Notes: generated by a model from the letters alone, not told the origin. DNA of 52,405 nucleotides from Syntrophomonadaceae bacterium (GCA_003550645.1 PUKV01000040.1:1-52405), one strand, 5' to 3'. Counted from the stretch's first letter, positions 1 through 8,618 are shown. Numbers and translations: made by a program.

Positions 1-117
1 ACAATAAAATGCTTGAGAATATAGGTATTGATCATTAATAGTCTGTTGATATATTATGCAATATTCGTGCCATACCGGTAAAAGATCCAGGCAGCCCTTA
101 GAGCCCATTATTGCTGA

Positions 118-160
118 ATAAAAAAACAGGCCCGTTCTATTCTACCCGGCACCTGTTTCT
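118..160 (-). terminator. Candidate intrinsic terminator downstream of the sigma-54 activator gene
   Basis: Minus strand reads AAACAGG...(about 21-nt partly self-pairing loop)...CCTGTTTTTTTT. The arms are plus aacagg 125-130 and cctgtt 152-157, followed by a T-run on the minus strand, about 90 nt after the stop at 252. Confidence 0.4.
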
Positions 161-251
161 CATTATTATAATTACAAGGTCAAATAAAGCTTTAAAGCCT
201 TATTATAAGAGGATTAACGAGGCCTTTATCAATATGATAATTATTATCATT

Positions 252-2045
252 TTAAGAAACATTTTCTTCTATTTTTTTTAGCTTTCTATACAGGGTAGCC
301 CGGCTGATACCGAGGGCTGATGCAGCTTTTTCTTTGCCCCAGGTTGAATGGCCATATTTATCAAGGGCAGCTTTGATGGCCTTTTCTTCCAGGGATGATA
401 TATCTTCAATACCAACCTGTTCACTACTGCTGTAATGCCTGGCTATTCTTTCAGGCAGACTGTCTTTACTGATCTGATAATTCGATTCAATGTTTATAGC
501 ATACTCAATTGCATTTTCCAACTCACGGACGTTCCCCGGCCAGGGATAAGCCAGCAAAGCTTCACGGGCTTCTTCCTCGAACCCTTTAATTTTCTTGTTC
601 AGGCGAACCGAATAGTAATCAAGGAAATGGTGCATTAAGAGAATTATGTCATCTTTACGATCTCTTAATCCGGGCAGGGTAAAAGGGATCACATTGATCC
701 GGTAAAATAAATCTTCCCGGAATTTTCTTTCTTTAATCATCTCTTCAAGATCACTATTGGTGGCGGCAATAATCCTTACATCTACATCTCGAAAAGATAC
801 CCCCCCGATCCTGGCAATGCTTTTATTCTCAATGACATGCAGTAACTTCACCTGGAAATCCAGGGGCATATCACCAATCTCATCGAGGAATATTGTGCCC
901 CCATCAGCCAGTTCAAATTTACCGGGCTTGCCTCCTTTGCGAGCGCCTGTAAATGCTCCCTCTTCATAGCCAAACAGTTCAGATTCAAGGAGGGTGGCAG
1001 GAATAGCGGCACAGCTCACCGATACAAAAGGATTTTTCCGGCGCGGGCTCTCCTCATGAATAGCCCGGGCAAAAATACTTTTCCCGGTCCCTGTTTCACC
1101 ACGGATCAGCACTGTAGAATCGGTGGCGGCAATCATTTTCATTTTTTCCTTGATCTCGTTAATTTCAGTGCTGGCACCAATAATCCCGGAGAAAGTACAT
1201 TTTTTATTTCCTTTCATAATCCGGTTAGCCATTTCTTCTACTTCCTCTTTTTTGCGGAATGTAAGAACGGCTCCTGAAACCCGACCATCTTCATACATGG
1301 GAGTAATATTATAAAACAAATAAAGAGTTTTATGGTCCGGCCCACTATAACTGAGTTCATTAACATAATATAACTCGCTATCTGAATTCTCGTGCTCATT
1401 GATAGCATCTTCAACTACAAAGTCGGGGAAAAGCTCATTGATATGATTGCTATTAACCCTGATTTGATCAAGTTGCAACATCTCTTCCGCAGCCCGGTTC
1501 ACACTGGTTATGATTCCCTGGTTGTTAATAGCTATAACCCCTTCATAAATTGAGTTAATGACATCTTTGAACTGGTTCATCAAAGTAGTGATTTTAGATT
1601 CCATTCTTTTTGCGTTGATCGATATCAGGATCAGATTAGACAACTTGCTGAGAAAATCTTGCATTTTTTCATAATGATTAAGCAGCTTGCGGCGGTGCTG
1701 CTCGGTTAAGGCCAGCAAAGAAATGGTACCTATTTTATTATCTTCATATATAATGGGGCGCATCACGAAGGCCAGCACATCGCATCTTTCCGAATACTCA
1801 CATTCTGCACAGCAAACGGCATGGGCAGTATTTTCAACAAAAATGGACTCGTCGCTGCTGGAGGACACCACTTTATGAGTCATGCACCCCTCATCATATA
1901 CAGTCCCTACTTCTTTCTCGAAATAACCGCTGCCGGCAATGACCTCCAGATCACTGCTAAAAATGCCGATCTCAATTTCTACTACCCCCGCAAAAGCTCC
2001 CGCGACTTGCTGTAAAAAGCTTTGAATTCTCTTTAACTCCTTCAA
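252..2045 (-). CDS. Sigma-54-dependent transcriptional activator (enhancer-binding protein): Cys-rich N-terminal sensor, PAS-like region, AAA+ domain, Fis-type HTH
   Basis: 597-aa ORF. Walker A GETGTGKS, GAFTGA-type loop (EGAFTGARKGGKPGKFELADGGTIFLDEIG), FREDLFYRINV, WPGNVRELEN, and C-terminal HTH (AASALGISRATLYRKLKK). Confidence 0.85.
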   Translation of the reverse strand: MKELKRIQSFLQQVAGAFAGVVEIEIGIFSSDLEVIAGSGYFEKEVGTVYDEGCMTHKVVSSSSDESIFVENTAHAVCCAECEYSERCDVLAFVMRPIIYEDNKIGTISLLALTEQHRRKLLNHYEKMQDFLSKLSNLILISINAKRMESKITTLMNQFKDVINSIYEGVIAINNQGIITSVNRAAEEMLQLDQIRVNSNHINELFPDFVVEDAINEHENSDSELYYVNELSYSGPDHKTLYLFYNITPMYEDGRVSGAVLTFRKKEEVEEMANRIMKGNKKCTFSGIIGASTEINEIKEKMKMIAATDSTVLIRGETGTGKSIFARAIHEESPRRKNPFVSVSCAAIPATLLESELFGYEEGAFTGARKGGKPGKFELADGGTIFLDEIGDMPLDFQVKLLHVIENKSIARIGGVSFRDVDVRIIAATNSDLEEMIKERKFREDLFYRINVIPFTLPGLRDRKDDIILLMHHFLDYYSVRLNKKIKGFEEEAREALLAYPWPGNVRELENAIEYAINIESNYQISKDSLPERIARHYSSSEQVGIEDISSLEEKAIKAALDKYGHSTWGKEKAASALGISRATLYRKLKKIEENVS

Positions 2046-2088
2046 AAGAGAGATACCACCCTTTCTACTTTAAGTCATCCGCTTTAGC

Positions 2089-2577
2089 CTAAATATAGAT
2101 AATTTGATTGCCGCAGTGCTTAAGGAACTTCTCAAAGTCTTTAAAGGAAAGGTTTATGGTTGCAGTATTAACATTGGGATGGAAATTGACAGATTCTTGT
2201 TTCTGCAATGAGCGATCAAGTACCAGGGTAACCGCTTTCTTTTCATCATTAATAATTCCAAAAGGTGACACCGCTCCTGTTTCAAGTCCCAGGTGTTCCT
2301 GTAAGCGGCGCTCTGAAGCAAAGCTAAGCTTTCCGGCTGCCAGCTTGGCGGATAAATCCTTTAAGTCTGCAGATTTTGATTGTTCAAGCACTACCAGGAA
2401 ATGACGGTTGCCTTTGTTATTTCTTAAGAATAAGTTCTTGGCATGAGCGCCCTTGATATCTTTCCAGTATTGCTGCGCTTCTTCCACCGTATAAACGGGG
2501 GGGTGCTCATACCGGGTGTATTCAATACCCAGTTCATCCAGGGCAGCATAGACTTTTTGTTCATTTTCTGTAACCAT
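2089..2577 (-). CDS. YbaK/ProX-type aminoacyl-tRNA deacylase (prolyl-tRNA editing) domain protein
   Basis: The ORF runs 2089..2637. I prefer the internal ATG at 2577 (MVTENEQKVYAALDELGIEYTRYEHPPVYTVEE...), which has GAAAGGGGA just upstream. KNLFLRNNKG and AVSPFG match the YbaK-like family as I recall it. Confidence 0.7.
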   Translation of the reverse strand: MVTENEQKVYAALDELGIEYTRYEHPPVYTVEEAQQYWKDIKGAHAKNLFLRNNKGNRHFLVVLEQSKSADLKDLSAKLAAGKLSFASERRLQEHLGLETGAVSPFGIINDEKKAVTLVLDRSLQKQESVNFHPNVNTATINLSFKDFEKFLKHCGNQIIYI

Positions 2578-2654
2578 TTGGCAATCCCCTTTCAAATTAC
2601 ATTGTTTTGTAAGTATTAGAGTTGTGCAAATATGCACTGTATAACCCGGGAGAC

Positions 2655-2675
2655 AAAAAACGAGGCCTGGCCCCT
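2655..2675 (-). terminator. Weak intrinsic terminator or attenuator between the EAL-HDOD gene and the ybaK-like gene
   Basis: Minus strand AAAAGGGGCCAGGCCUCGUUUUUUG: a 4-bp GC-rich stem (one G-U pair), 5-nt loop and U6 tail. Confidence 0.3.
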
Positions 2676-2747
2676 TTTATCAAAGTTTTCTAAATAACCC
2701 CTGACAATGGGGAAAAACTTACAGCAGTTAAGAATAAAGGTACATAA

Positions 2748-2776
2748 ACCTTATCACGGTTCACTTTCGCTGTCAA
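2748..2776 (-). promoter_or_regulatory. Candidate sigmaA promoter for the ybaK-like gene
   Basis: Minus strand TTGACA (2771-2776), 17-nt spacer, TGATAAGGT (extended TG plus TAAGGT at 2748-2753). Confidence 0.3.
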
Positions 2777-2789
2777 ATTAAGAATTTTG

Positions 2790-4001
2790 CTAGTTGCCAG
2801 CCATGTCAGCTAATTCGAGGGATTCAAGGTAGTATGACATTACTTCTACTTCATCGAGATTATACTTTTCAGCGGCTATGGAAAATGCTTTATCCCAGTA
2901 GCCCTGTTCGTAAAGCAGCACCAGTTCGAGTATATCTCTGAAAGGACCGGATTCCCCCATGAGAGCACTTTTTATATCTTCCACCAGAGGAAGTTCCTGC
3001 AAAATAACTTCCATAGGTTGATCCAGGAACGTATCAAGAAGAGAGAATAAACCGGTTAAAAAAAGGTCGGCGCTTCTTTTTTCCATCCCGGTCACCGGCG
3101 CCATTAATTCACAAAACTTACCCCTGGAAACTGCTGTGACAATCAGCTCATCGGGTTTGTCATAACCAACATTGCGTAAAGCAACCAGGGAAGCCCACTT
3201 AGTCATTTCTTTCTGGCCCAGCAAAGCCATGGCCTGGCGTATGGAGTGGATTGGGAAACGAACCGGAAAAGCAATGGAATTAATAAAACGCAGCAGTTTA
3301 TATGAGAGAGCGGGATCCTGCTTGATTAAATATTCCACCTGGTCAAAGTCCATTTCCGGTTTGTTTATTTCCTGCAATAACCGCAAATTTTGCAGCTTAG
3401 TGCTTGGAATCTCTTTTCCTATAATAACTGCCGGCTCGCAGAAGAAAAAGCCCTGGAAAAAGTCATAACCATTTGTCATAGCATCCCCATATTCCTGTAC
3501 AGTTTCCACCTTTTCCGCTATCAACTTTTTCTTGCTGCCCCGAAAATAGTTAACTATCTTTTCCCTTTGCTCTGGATTTGTTTCCTGGTAATCCACTTTA
3601 ATAAAATCGACATAGTCGAGCAGATCAGCATACCTGGATTCATGATCGTAGTCATCCAGGACCAGCACATAACCTTTTTTATTAAGTTTTTTACAGGCTT
3701 TAGATACTTCAGCATCGGCTTCTGTTCCGCCGGTAATTTCTACAGCCACGTAATCCCTGGGGAGGAGAAAAGGAGTTTCATTGATTAACAACTGCCCGGT
3801 AAAATTAATAAAAGCTCTTTTCCTTCGGGTTAGTTTGTCCAGGCCCAGATCCAAAAAACTGTTGGCTATAACCTCTGAGGTAGCCAGGTTGCCGTTAAGT
3901 TCAGTATTGTAATTGTCCACACCCGATCGGTAAAGTAATTCATAAGCATAAACTTTCTGTCTCCTGTCAAAAATCGGCTGCCTGGCCACGTAAATATCCA
4001 C
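2790..4001 (-). CDS. EAL plus HDOD two-domain protein (COG3434, YuxH/PdeH-like c-di-GMP phosphodiesterase)
   Basis: 403 aa with GTG start preceded by AAGGAGG. N-terminus MDIYVARQPIFDRRQKVYAYELLYRSG (ELL variant of EAL). Also AFINFT, AVEITG, LDDYD, IKVD, IAEKVET and FFQGFFF. The C-terminal half (HSIRQAMALLGQKEMTKWASLVAL) is HDOD-like. Confidence 0.85.
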   Translation of the reverse strand: MDIYVARQPIFDRRQKVYAYELLYRSGVDNYNTELNGNLATSEVIANSFLDLGLDKLTRRKRAFINFTGQLLINETPFLLPRDYVAVEITGGTEADAEVSKACKKLNKKGYVLVLDDYDHESRYADLLDYVDFIKVDYQETNPEQREKIVNYFRGSKKKLIAEKVETVQEYGDAMTNGYDFFQGFFFCEPAVIIGKEIPSTKLQNLRLLQEINKPEMDFDQVEYLIKQDPALSYKLLRFINSIAFPVRFPIHSIRQAMALLGQKEMTKWASLVALRNVGYDKPDELIVTAVSRGKFCELMAPVTGMEKRSADLFLTGLFSLLDTFLDQPMEVILQELPLVEDIKSALMGESGPFRDILELVLLYEQGYWDKAFSIAAEKYNLDEVEVMSYYLESLELADMAGN

Positions 4002-4036
4002 TTAAAGAACCTCCTTTGTCAAAACGGACATACTAT

Positions 4037-4162
4037 CACTACAGCTAAACTTATACCTTAAATTAGGGCTCGCCGAGCCACTTAGACAGTTCCTATCGTC
4101 TTTCCTCCGGCTTACGCTGCGCTTCGGGAATCTAGTCTTTTCCCCAAGACAACGCTTAAACC
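4037..4162 (-). repeat. Copy A of a dispersed, conserved intergenic element of about 120 nt, in the 5' region of the EAL-HDOD gene
   Basis: On the minus strand it shares ordered blocks with copies at 46206-46332 and 47807-47930: TTTAAGCG, AGCGCAGCGTA(A/G)GCCG, GTGGCT..GC, CCTAA, GCTGTAGTG. It ends 36 nt upstream of the GTG start at 4001. Confidence 0.6.
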
Positions 4163-4274
4163 CTGCAAACCTCATATACAGTAACATTTCGTTAAGAACT
4201 CAGCAAATCCTTCGTATATCTGCATCCTGAATGTATCAGGAAAAGCTTACACCAGTTTCCCTGTTTTATCCGGT

Positions 4275-4565
4275 CTACTTTCCTTTCCTGGAATCAGCTT
4301 GTATGATGAAAGCGTATATTGCTGCTACTGCTTCATAAAGCTCCTGCGGCACTTCTTCCCCCAGGGGAAGGTTGCCGAGGACTTTAACTAAGGCTTGATC
4401 CTCAACCACAGGGACCTTGTTGTCCCTGGCCAGGTTAATAATCCTTTCGGCAAGCCAGCCTTTTCCACTGGCAGCAATACTGGGGGCCTGCCTGCTAGCA
4501 GGGTCATAGTGTAAGGCCACTGCCCTGCGAATTTGCTCAATTCTTTGCTGGCGTTTATCAACCAT
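4275..4565 (-). CDS. FlhB C-terminal-domain-like protein (YlqH / EscU-YscU-HrcU switch-domain family)
   Basis: 96 aa. AVALHYDP...APSIAASGKGWLAERIINLARDNKVPVVEDQALVKVL...VPQELYEAVAAIYAFI parallels the post-cleavage part of the FlhB encoded at 22142-23221 (IAIALVYREGVDSAPRVVAKGVEVLARKIREIAVENDVAIIENPPVAQML...IPFELYQAVAEIMAMVY). Confidence 0.8.
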   Translation of the reverse strand: MVDKRQQRIEQIRRAVALHYDPASRQAPSIAASGKGWLAERIINLARDNKVPVVEDQALVKVLGNLPLGEEVPQELYEAVAAIYAFIIQADSRKGK

Positions 4566-4582
4566 ATTTCATTTCTCCCATA

Positions 4583-5290
4583 TCAAGCCCTGGTATTAAG
4601 GGTATAGCCGCCCTGGGACAAAGCTTCAGAGGCAGCCAGCTGCAAATTACCGATACTCCAGTGCAGTGGCTTGCCTTTGTCTTCATTTATACTACCGGCT
4701 TCCTCTATTAAGCGTTCTGCTTCATGTTGAAGAGCTTCACCGGCCTCTTTTGACTCCACTACAAACCGGCAGTCCAACTTCTTTCCCCCTGGATAATAAA
4801 AGAAGCGAACCAGGACCAACCCAAAATGCTCAGTATCGATAAAAAGCTCCAACAATGGCTCTGACTCCAACTCTTCTGCCCGCTGCTGGTTACCCCGGGA
4901 ATAAAAACGGAGCAAAGCCGGTGTCTGCCCATCCTGCTTCACACCACCTGGCATGATGCCGAGTAAAAAGGATTCAGAGGATTCTCCGCCGATGGCGGCG
5001 GAATTAAGATCTTTCCCACCGGGAAAGCGGGCCATTATCCTGTAATGGGAGCGGCCCTCTTTCATCCCTTTATATGATAATAACAATGTTTCACCGGGAG
5101 TTACTTCTGCATTTAAAACAGCTGTAAAGGTGCCCCCATCCCAGCGCAAAACAGCTGCTTCCCCCTTTAAAGCGGTTACTTTTGCCACCAGGGATTCGGG
5201 TATGTCAGCCCGGGTTTGAACTGTTTTACCGGAGGTAAGGCGGTTTATGACCGGATCCCGGAAAAGGGCATTTAAGATACTGCTGTCCAC
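4583..5290 (-). CDS. Hypothetical protein with a FliK C-terminal (Flg_hook)-like segment
   Basis: 235-aa ORF packed tightly between neighbouring genes. LLELFIDTEHFGLVLVRFFYYPGGKKLDCRFVVESKEAGEALQHEAERL resembles the FliK C-terminal pattern seen in the fliK of this window (LTLHPPELGEVTVRVFSKQGQLSASILAESSLVREILESSIAEL). The functional call is tentative. Confidence 0.4.
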   Translation of the reverse strand: MDSSILNALFRDPVINRLTSGKTVQTRADIPESLVAKVTALKGEAAVLRWDGGTFTAVLNAEVTPGETLLLSYKGMKEGRSHYRIMARFPGGKDLNSAAIGGESSESFLLGIMPGGVKQDGQTPALLRFYSRGNQQRAEELESEPLLELFIDTEHFGLVLVRFFYYPGGKKLDCRFVVESKEAGEALQHEAERLIEEAGSINEDKGKPLHWSIGNLQLAASEALSQGGYTLNTRA

Positions 5291-5309
5291 AAGCAGGCTC
5301 CTCTCTGCA

Positions 5310-6131
5310 TTAATAAACTGTTATGCCCAAAGTATAAAGCATAGCTGAAACAACCTGGCAATGGTACTGGATCCTTTCTTCAATCTGCATCTGCTCGCAG
5401 GTCTCTATGATAATGCCTTCTGCTCCGGCCATAAGCGCTCCTTTTGCCGCGCTGCCCCTGGCGACTCCCCTGAGAAGGAGGAAATGTTTTTTTTCATTAT
5501 ATATTGACCTGTTTACTGCAGTAAGCAGTTCTTCAACTATATCTAAGGAATCAGCTTTCCTTGGATAGAGGAAAGTCTGGCCCAGGGCCCCGGGTATAAG
5601 GCGTTCACAATACTCTGCTTCGTGAAGATCAATTACCCAGGTCGGCTCGTATTCTATTATCAACTCCATAATAACCGCGCCCATTTCCTCGGCAGGGCCG
5701 CCATTAGAATCACCGGGGAAGACCCGGTTTAAATCCGGCTCCCCGGGAGCATTCCTGGTTCTTTTTTCGATTGCAGGAACATTGGCCCTGGGCAAGACCA
5801 GAAGAGTCCCCCTGTCTACAACCCAGCTTGCGATCTCATCTGCTGCCATGTACCCTGCCGGCTCATCACCGTGAATGCCTCCAATGACCATAACAGTCGG
5901 TCCTTCAACCGGGGAGGAGATTTTATATAAGATGGTCTCCCAGGAACTTCCTTCCATCAGGGCTATTTCAGACCGGGTGATCGTAATTTCCGGCTCCGAA
6001 ACTGTTACCCGCTCGGAATGGACGCCGCTGAATCTACGCAGGGCATCAGGGCCGTCACCGGTAAGGGTTAAAAGCAGGACGGCGGCAGCAAGAAAGTACA
6101 TAATTATAAATGACCTGCGTTTACCAAACAT
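5310..6131 (-). CDS. Secreted zinc peptidase-like protein, succinylglutamate desuccinylase/aspartoacylase (M14-like) family
   Basis: 273 aa. N-terminal signal or anchor (MFGKRRSFIIMYFLAAAVLLLTLTG), GGIHGDEPAG (HxxE zinc motif), PDLNRVFPG and IDLHE. Confidence 0.7.
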   Translation of the reverse strand: MFGKRRSFIIMYFLAAAVLLLTLTGDGPDALRRFSGVHSERVTVSEPEITITRSEIALMEGSSWETILYKISSPVEGPTVMVIGGIHGDEPAGYMAADEIASWVVDRGTLLVLPRANVPAIEKRTRNAPGEPDLNRVFPGDSNGGPAEEMGAVIMELIIEYEPTWVIDLHEAEYCERLIPGALGQTFLYPRKADSLDIVEELLTAVNRSIYNEKKHFLLLRGVARGSAAKGALMAGAEGIIIETCEQMQIEERIQYHCQVVSAMLYTLGITVY

Positions 6132-6178
6132 TTAAACCTCCGGGGCTGTTAAACCTGTTTTTTTAGCCTGATTAAGTG

Positions 6179-6994
6179 TTAACCGGTTTTTTTATATATT
6201 GAAGGAATCAACCTTTCCAGTTTAAAACGTTCAGGCTTATTAATAAATTCGGCACAACCGATAATAAAATAACCCCCCGGATGAATTAAACTGGAAACTT
6301 GTTCTACTATCCACTCCTGGACATCTACCTTGAAATAAATAAAAACATTGCGACATAATACCAGGTGCATTAAACTGATATTGCCATAAATTGAGCCGAG
6401 CAGGTTATGCTTCTTATAAGTAACCGCTTTTTTGTACTCAGCTGCCAGGTAATAATACCCATTTTGCTGGGTAAATGCTTTTTTTAGAATGTCCGGTGGT
6501 ACCTTTTCGAGCTGGTTGGGTGCATATTTAGCTTCCCTGGCCATTTCGAGGGCTTTATCATCAATATCGCTGGCCATTATATCAGCACGCTGCAGGGCTG
6601 AATAGCGGTCAAGGATCAGGGCAATAGAGTAGGGTTCTTCCCCGTGCGAGCACCCCATACTCCAGACATTCAAGTGCTTAAAGCTGTTCAGCAGGTCAGG
6701 TATTGCCTTATCCTGGAGGTAATCATAAATTTTTGAATCCCGGAAAAAAACCGAAGTGTTAATGGTCAGGTAATTATAAAACTTATGCAGCAGATCATCA
6801 TTCACTTTTAAATCATTAAAGAATGAACAAAGGCCTTCATAACCCTCACGATCTATCAGCTGGCCAATCCTTCTCTCCATCTGCCTGTCCTTGTACCTGC
6901 CTAAATCTAGGCCGGTTAACTGGTAAAACTCCTTTTTAAAGCGGATAAAATCCCAGTTTTCATTCAACTGAAGCCCTCTCCTTTCCACATGCAA
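6179..6994 (-). CDS. cheR: Chemotaxis protein methyltransferase CheR
   Basis: 271 aa. TSVFFRD, VWSMGCSHGEEPYSIALIL and LCRNVFIYF motifs, within a che gene context. Confidence 0.9.
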   Translation of the reverse strand: MHVERRGLQLNENWDFIRFKKEFYQLTGLDLGRYKDRQMERRIGQLIDREGYEGLCSFFNDLKVNDDLLHKFYNYLTINTSVFFRDSKIYDYLQDKAIPDLLNSFKHLNVWSMGCSHGEEPYSIALILDRYSALQRADIMASDIDDKALEMAREAKYAPNQLEKVPPDILKKAFTQQNGYYYLAAEYKKAVTYKKHNLLGSIYGNISLMHLVLCRNVFIYFKVDVQEWIVEQVSSLIHPGGYFIIGCAEFINKPERFKLERLIPSIYKKTG

Positions 6995-7015
6995 GGCATA
7001 TTGAAAATGATCAAA

Positions 7016-8083
7016 CTAACGACAAAACATGCGAGCATAACGGTCAATCTCAACGGCCAACCTTTCTACAGAAGCCTGGACATCACACAACCCGTTTTTT
7101 ATCAATGCTGCAGGCATACTGGGTATCAAAGCTGTTGAAGGATCCTGGACTATCACAACCGTATCGTTTTTCTTCTTTTTCAGGCTGGCAGTTCCAGCTG
7201 CACCGTCTTTACCCATTCCGGTCATGATCACTACAACAATCTTTTGTTCACAACCGGCAAGCGATTCCAGCATCACATCTATTGAAGGCCTGACAAAGTT
7301 AACCCTCGGACCGGAATCCAGGTAGACGGCATTTTTTTTGGCTGCCAGGTGATACCCCCCCGGTGCAACCAGGGCCTGCCCTTTTAATAAGGGATCTCCG
7401 TTTGCCGCCTCCTTGACTTTTAATGGAGAAAGCAGATCCAGGCGCTGGGCGAAAGAAAGGGTGAAGCCCGGAGGCATATGCTGGGAGAGCATAACCGCCG
7501 CCGGAAAATCGGGAGGCAGACCTTTGAAAACAGCTTCCAGCGCTTTAGGGCCCCCGGTTGAAGCTCCTATGGCAATAATTAAATCGGCAGTTTCACGACG
7601 GCCTGCATATGAGGCTGCCTGCTGTCCAGCTTTATAGGCCGCCGGCTTTTCAGCTGAAATCAAGTTGACCCTGGCCATGGAGGCAGCAATGATTTTCTGG
7701 GGTAAAACATTTTTGAGCTCTTCCACGGAATCATCCCTGGACACAGAAGCGCTCATCGATGGTTTGGAAATAAAGTCTACCGCCCCGGCATCAAGAGCTT
7801 TTAGCGTGCTTTCACTGCCCACCCTGGTATGACTGCTCAGCATGATGACCGGGAGAGGGGTTTCAGCCACAATGTGCCGCAAAGTTTGAATACCATCCAT
7901 ACGCGGCATCTCAAGATCCATGGTTACGACATCAGGCCGGCATTCTTTTATTTTTTTTAAAGCATCAACTCCATCTTTAGCCGTTGCCGCAACTTCCAGA
8001 TCAGGATGATCACGGATAATATCGCCAATTATACGGCGCATAAAAGCCGAATCTTCAACCACCAGCACTCGCACTCTTTTCAA
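7016..8083 (-). CDS. cheB: Chemotaxis response regulator protein-glutamate methylesterase CheB
   Basis: 355 aa. N-terminal receiver domain (RVLVVEDSAFMRR...DVVTMDLEMPRMDG) and C-terminal methylesterase (IGASTGGPKAL, SQHMPPGFT, GMGKDGA). Its start overlaps the cheD stop by 4 nt. Confidence 0.92.
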   Translation of the reverse strand: MKRVRVLVVEDSAFMRRIIGDIIRDHPDLEVAATAKDGVDALKKIKECRPDVVTMDLEMPRMDGIQTLRHIVAETPLPVIMLSSHTRVGSESTLKALDAGAVDFISKPSMSASVSRDDSVEELKNVLPQKIIAASMARVNLISAEKPAAYKAGQQAASYAGRRETADLIIAIGASTGGPKALEAVFKGLPPDFPAAVMLSQHMPPGFTLSFAQRLDLLSPLKVKEAANGDPLLKGQALVAPGGYHLAAKKNAVYLDSGPRVNFVRPSIDVMLESLAGCEQKIVVVIMTGMGKDGAAGTASLKKKKNDTVVIVQDPSTALIPSMPAALIKNGLCDVQASVERLAVEIDRYARMFCR

Positions 8084-8568
8084 CTCTTCATTGCTCCTTT
8101 ACCTACTGTAGTTATAGTTACTTTACCCGTATCGACAAATAACCGCATCGTCCTGCCACAGTTTCCCCCAACATCTTCACTTTCGATTTTTACTTTTTCT
8201 TCTTTTAATATCGAGCGAACTGCTTCAATATTTTTTTGCCCTACATTGCCAGAATCGTTTTGAAAATTAAACAAGCTTGCGCCACCGGCAAGCTGGGCAA
8301 TGATATTATTTTTTCTGGCTCCTGCGGCAAGCATTTTTTCAATTAAATGAGGTACAGCCGTATCGGCAAACTTGGCCGGGTTGACAGTATTGGCGCTGGG
8401 GCGCGAAAACTTGCTGCTGTCGTTAAGCAAGATATGGGCAAGCCCGCCTACTTTTGAATTCTGATCATATAAAGCAATGCCAATACAGGATCCCAGGCCA
8501 AAAGTGACCAGCACTCCCTCATTTTTAGCTACAGCCATATCGGCAATTTTCACATGGACTGTCTCCAT
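8080..8568 (-). CDS. cheD: Chemoreceptor glutamine deamidase CheD
   Basis: 162 aa. GLGSCIGIALYD and GGLAHILL motifs. Confidence 0.9.
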   Translation of the reverse strand: METVHVKIADMAVAKNEGVLVTFGLGSCIGIALYDQNSKVGGLAHILLNDSSKFSRPSANTVNPAKFADTAVPHLIEKMLAAGARKNNIIAQLAGGASLFNFQNDSGNVGQKNIEAVRSILKEEKVKIESEDVGGNCGRTMRLFVDTGKVTITTVGKGAMKS

Positions 8569-8618
8569 TAAAAACCTCCGTGGTTAACAATGCGTCATCC
8601 AGTTCTGCTCGATAAATA

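Noticed and set aside
4002-4187. 61-aa minus-strand ORF upstream of the EAL-HDOD gene
   Set aside because: It coincides with copy A of the conserved intergenic element, and the equivalent regions of copies B and C do not keep this reading frame open. It has no convincing RBS and is more likely non-coding.
4222-4241. Hairpin TCCTGA-ATGTA-TCAGGA after the FlhB-C-like gene, as a possible terminator
   Set aside because: On the transcribed (minus) strand the T-run precedes the stem rather than following it. The stem is only 6 bp and AT-rich.
8537-8544. GCCGATAT matches inside cheD (8537-8544) and inside flhF (about 19147-19154), which could be internal sigma-28 promoters
   Set aside because: Both lie in coding sequence where the motif simply encodes I-A-D or A-D-I. 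Neither has a TAAA -35 element at the correct spacing.
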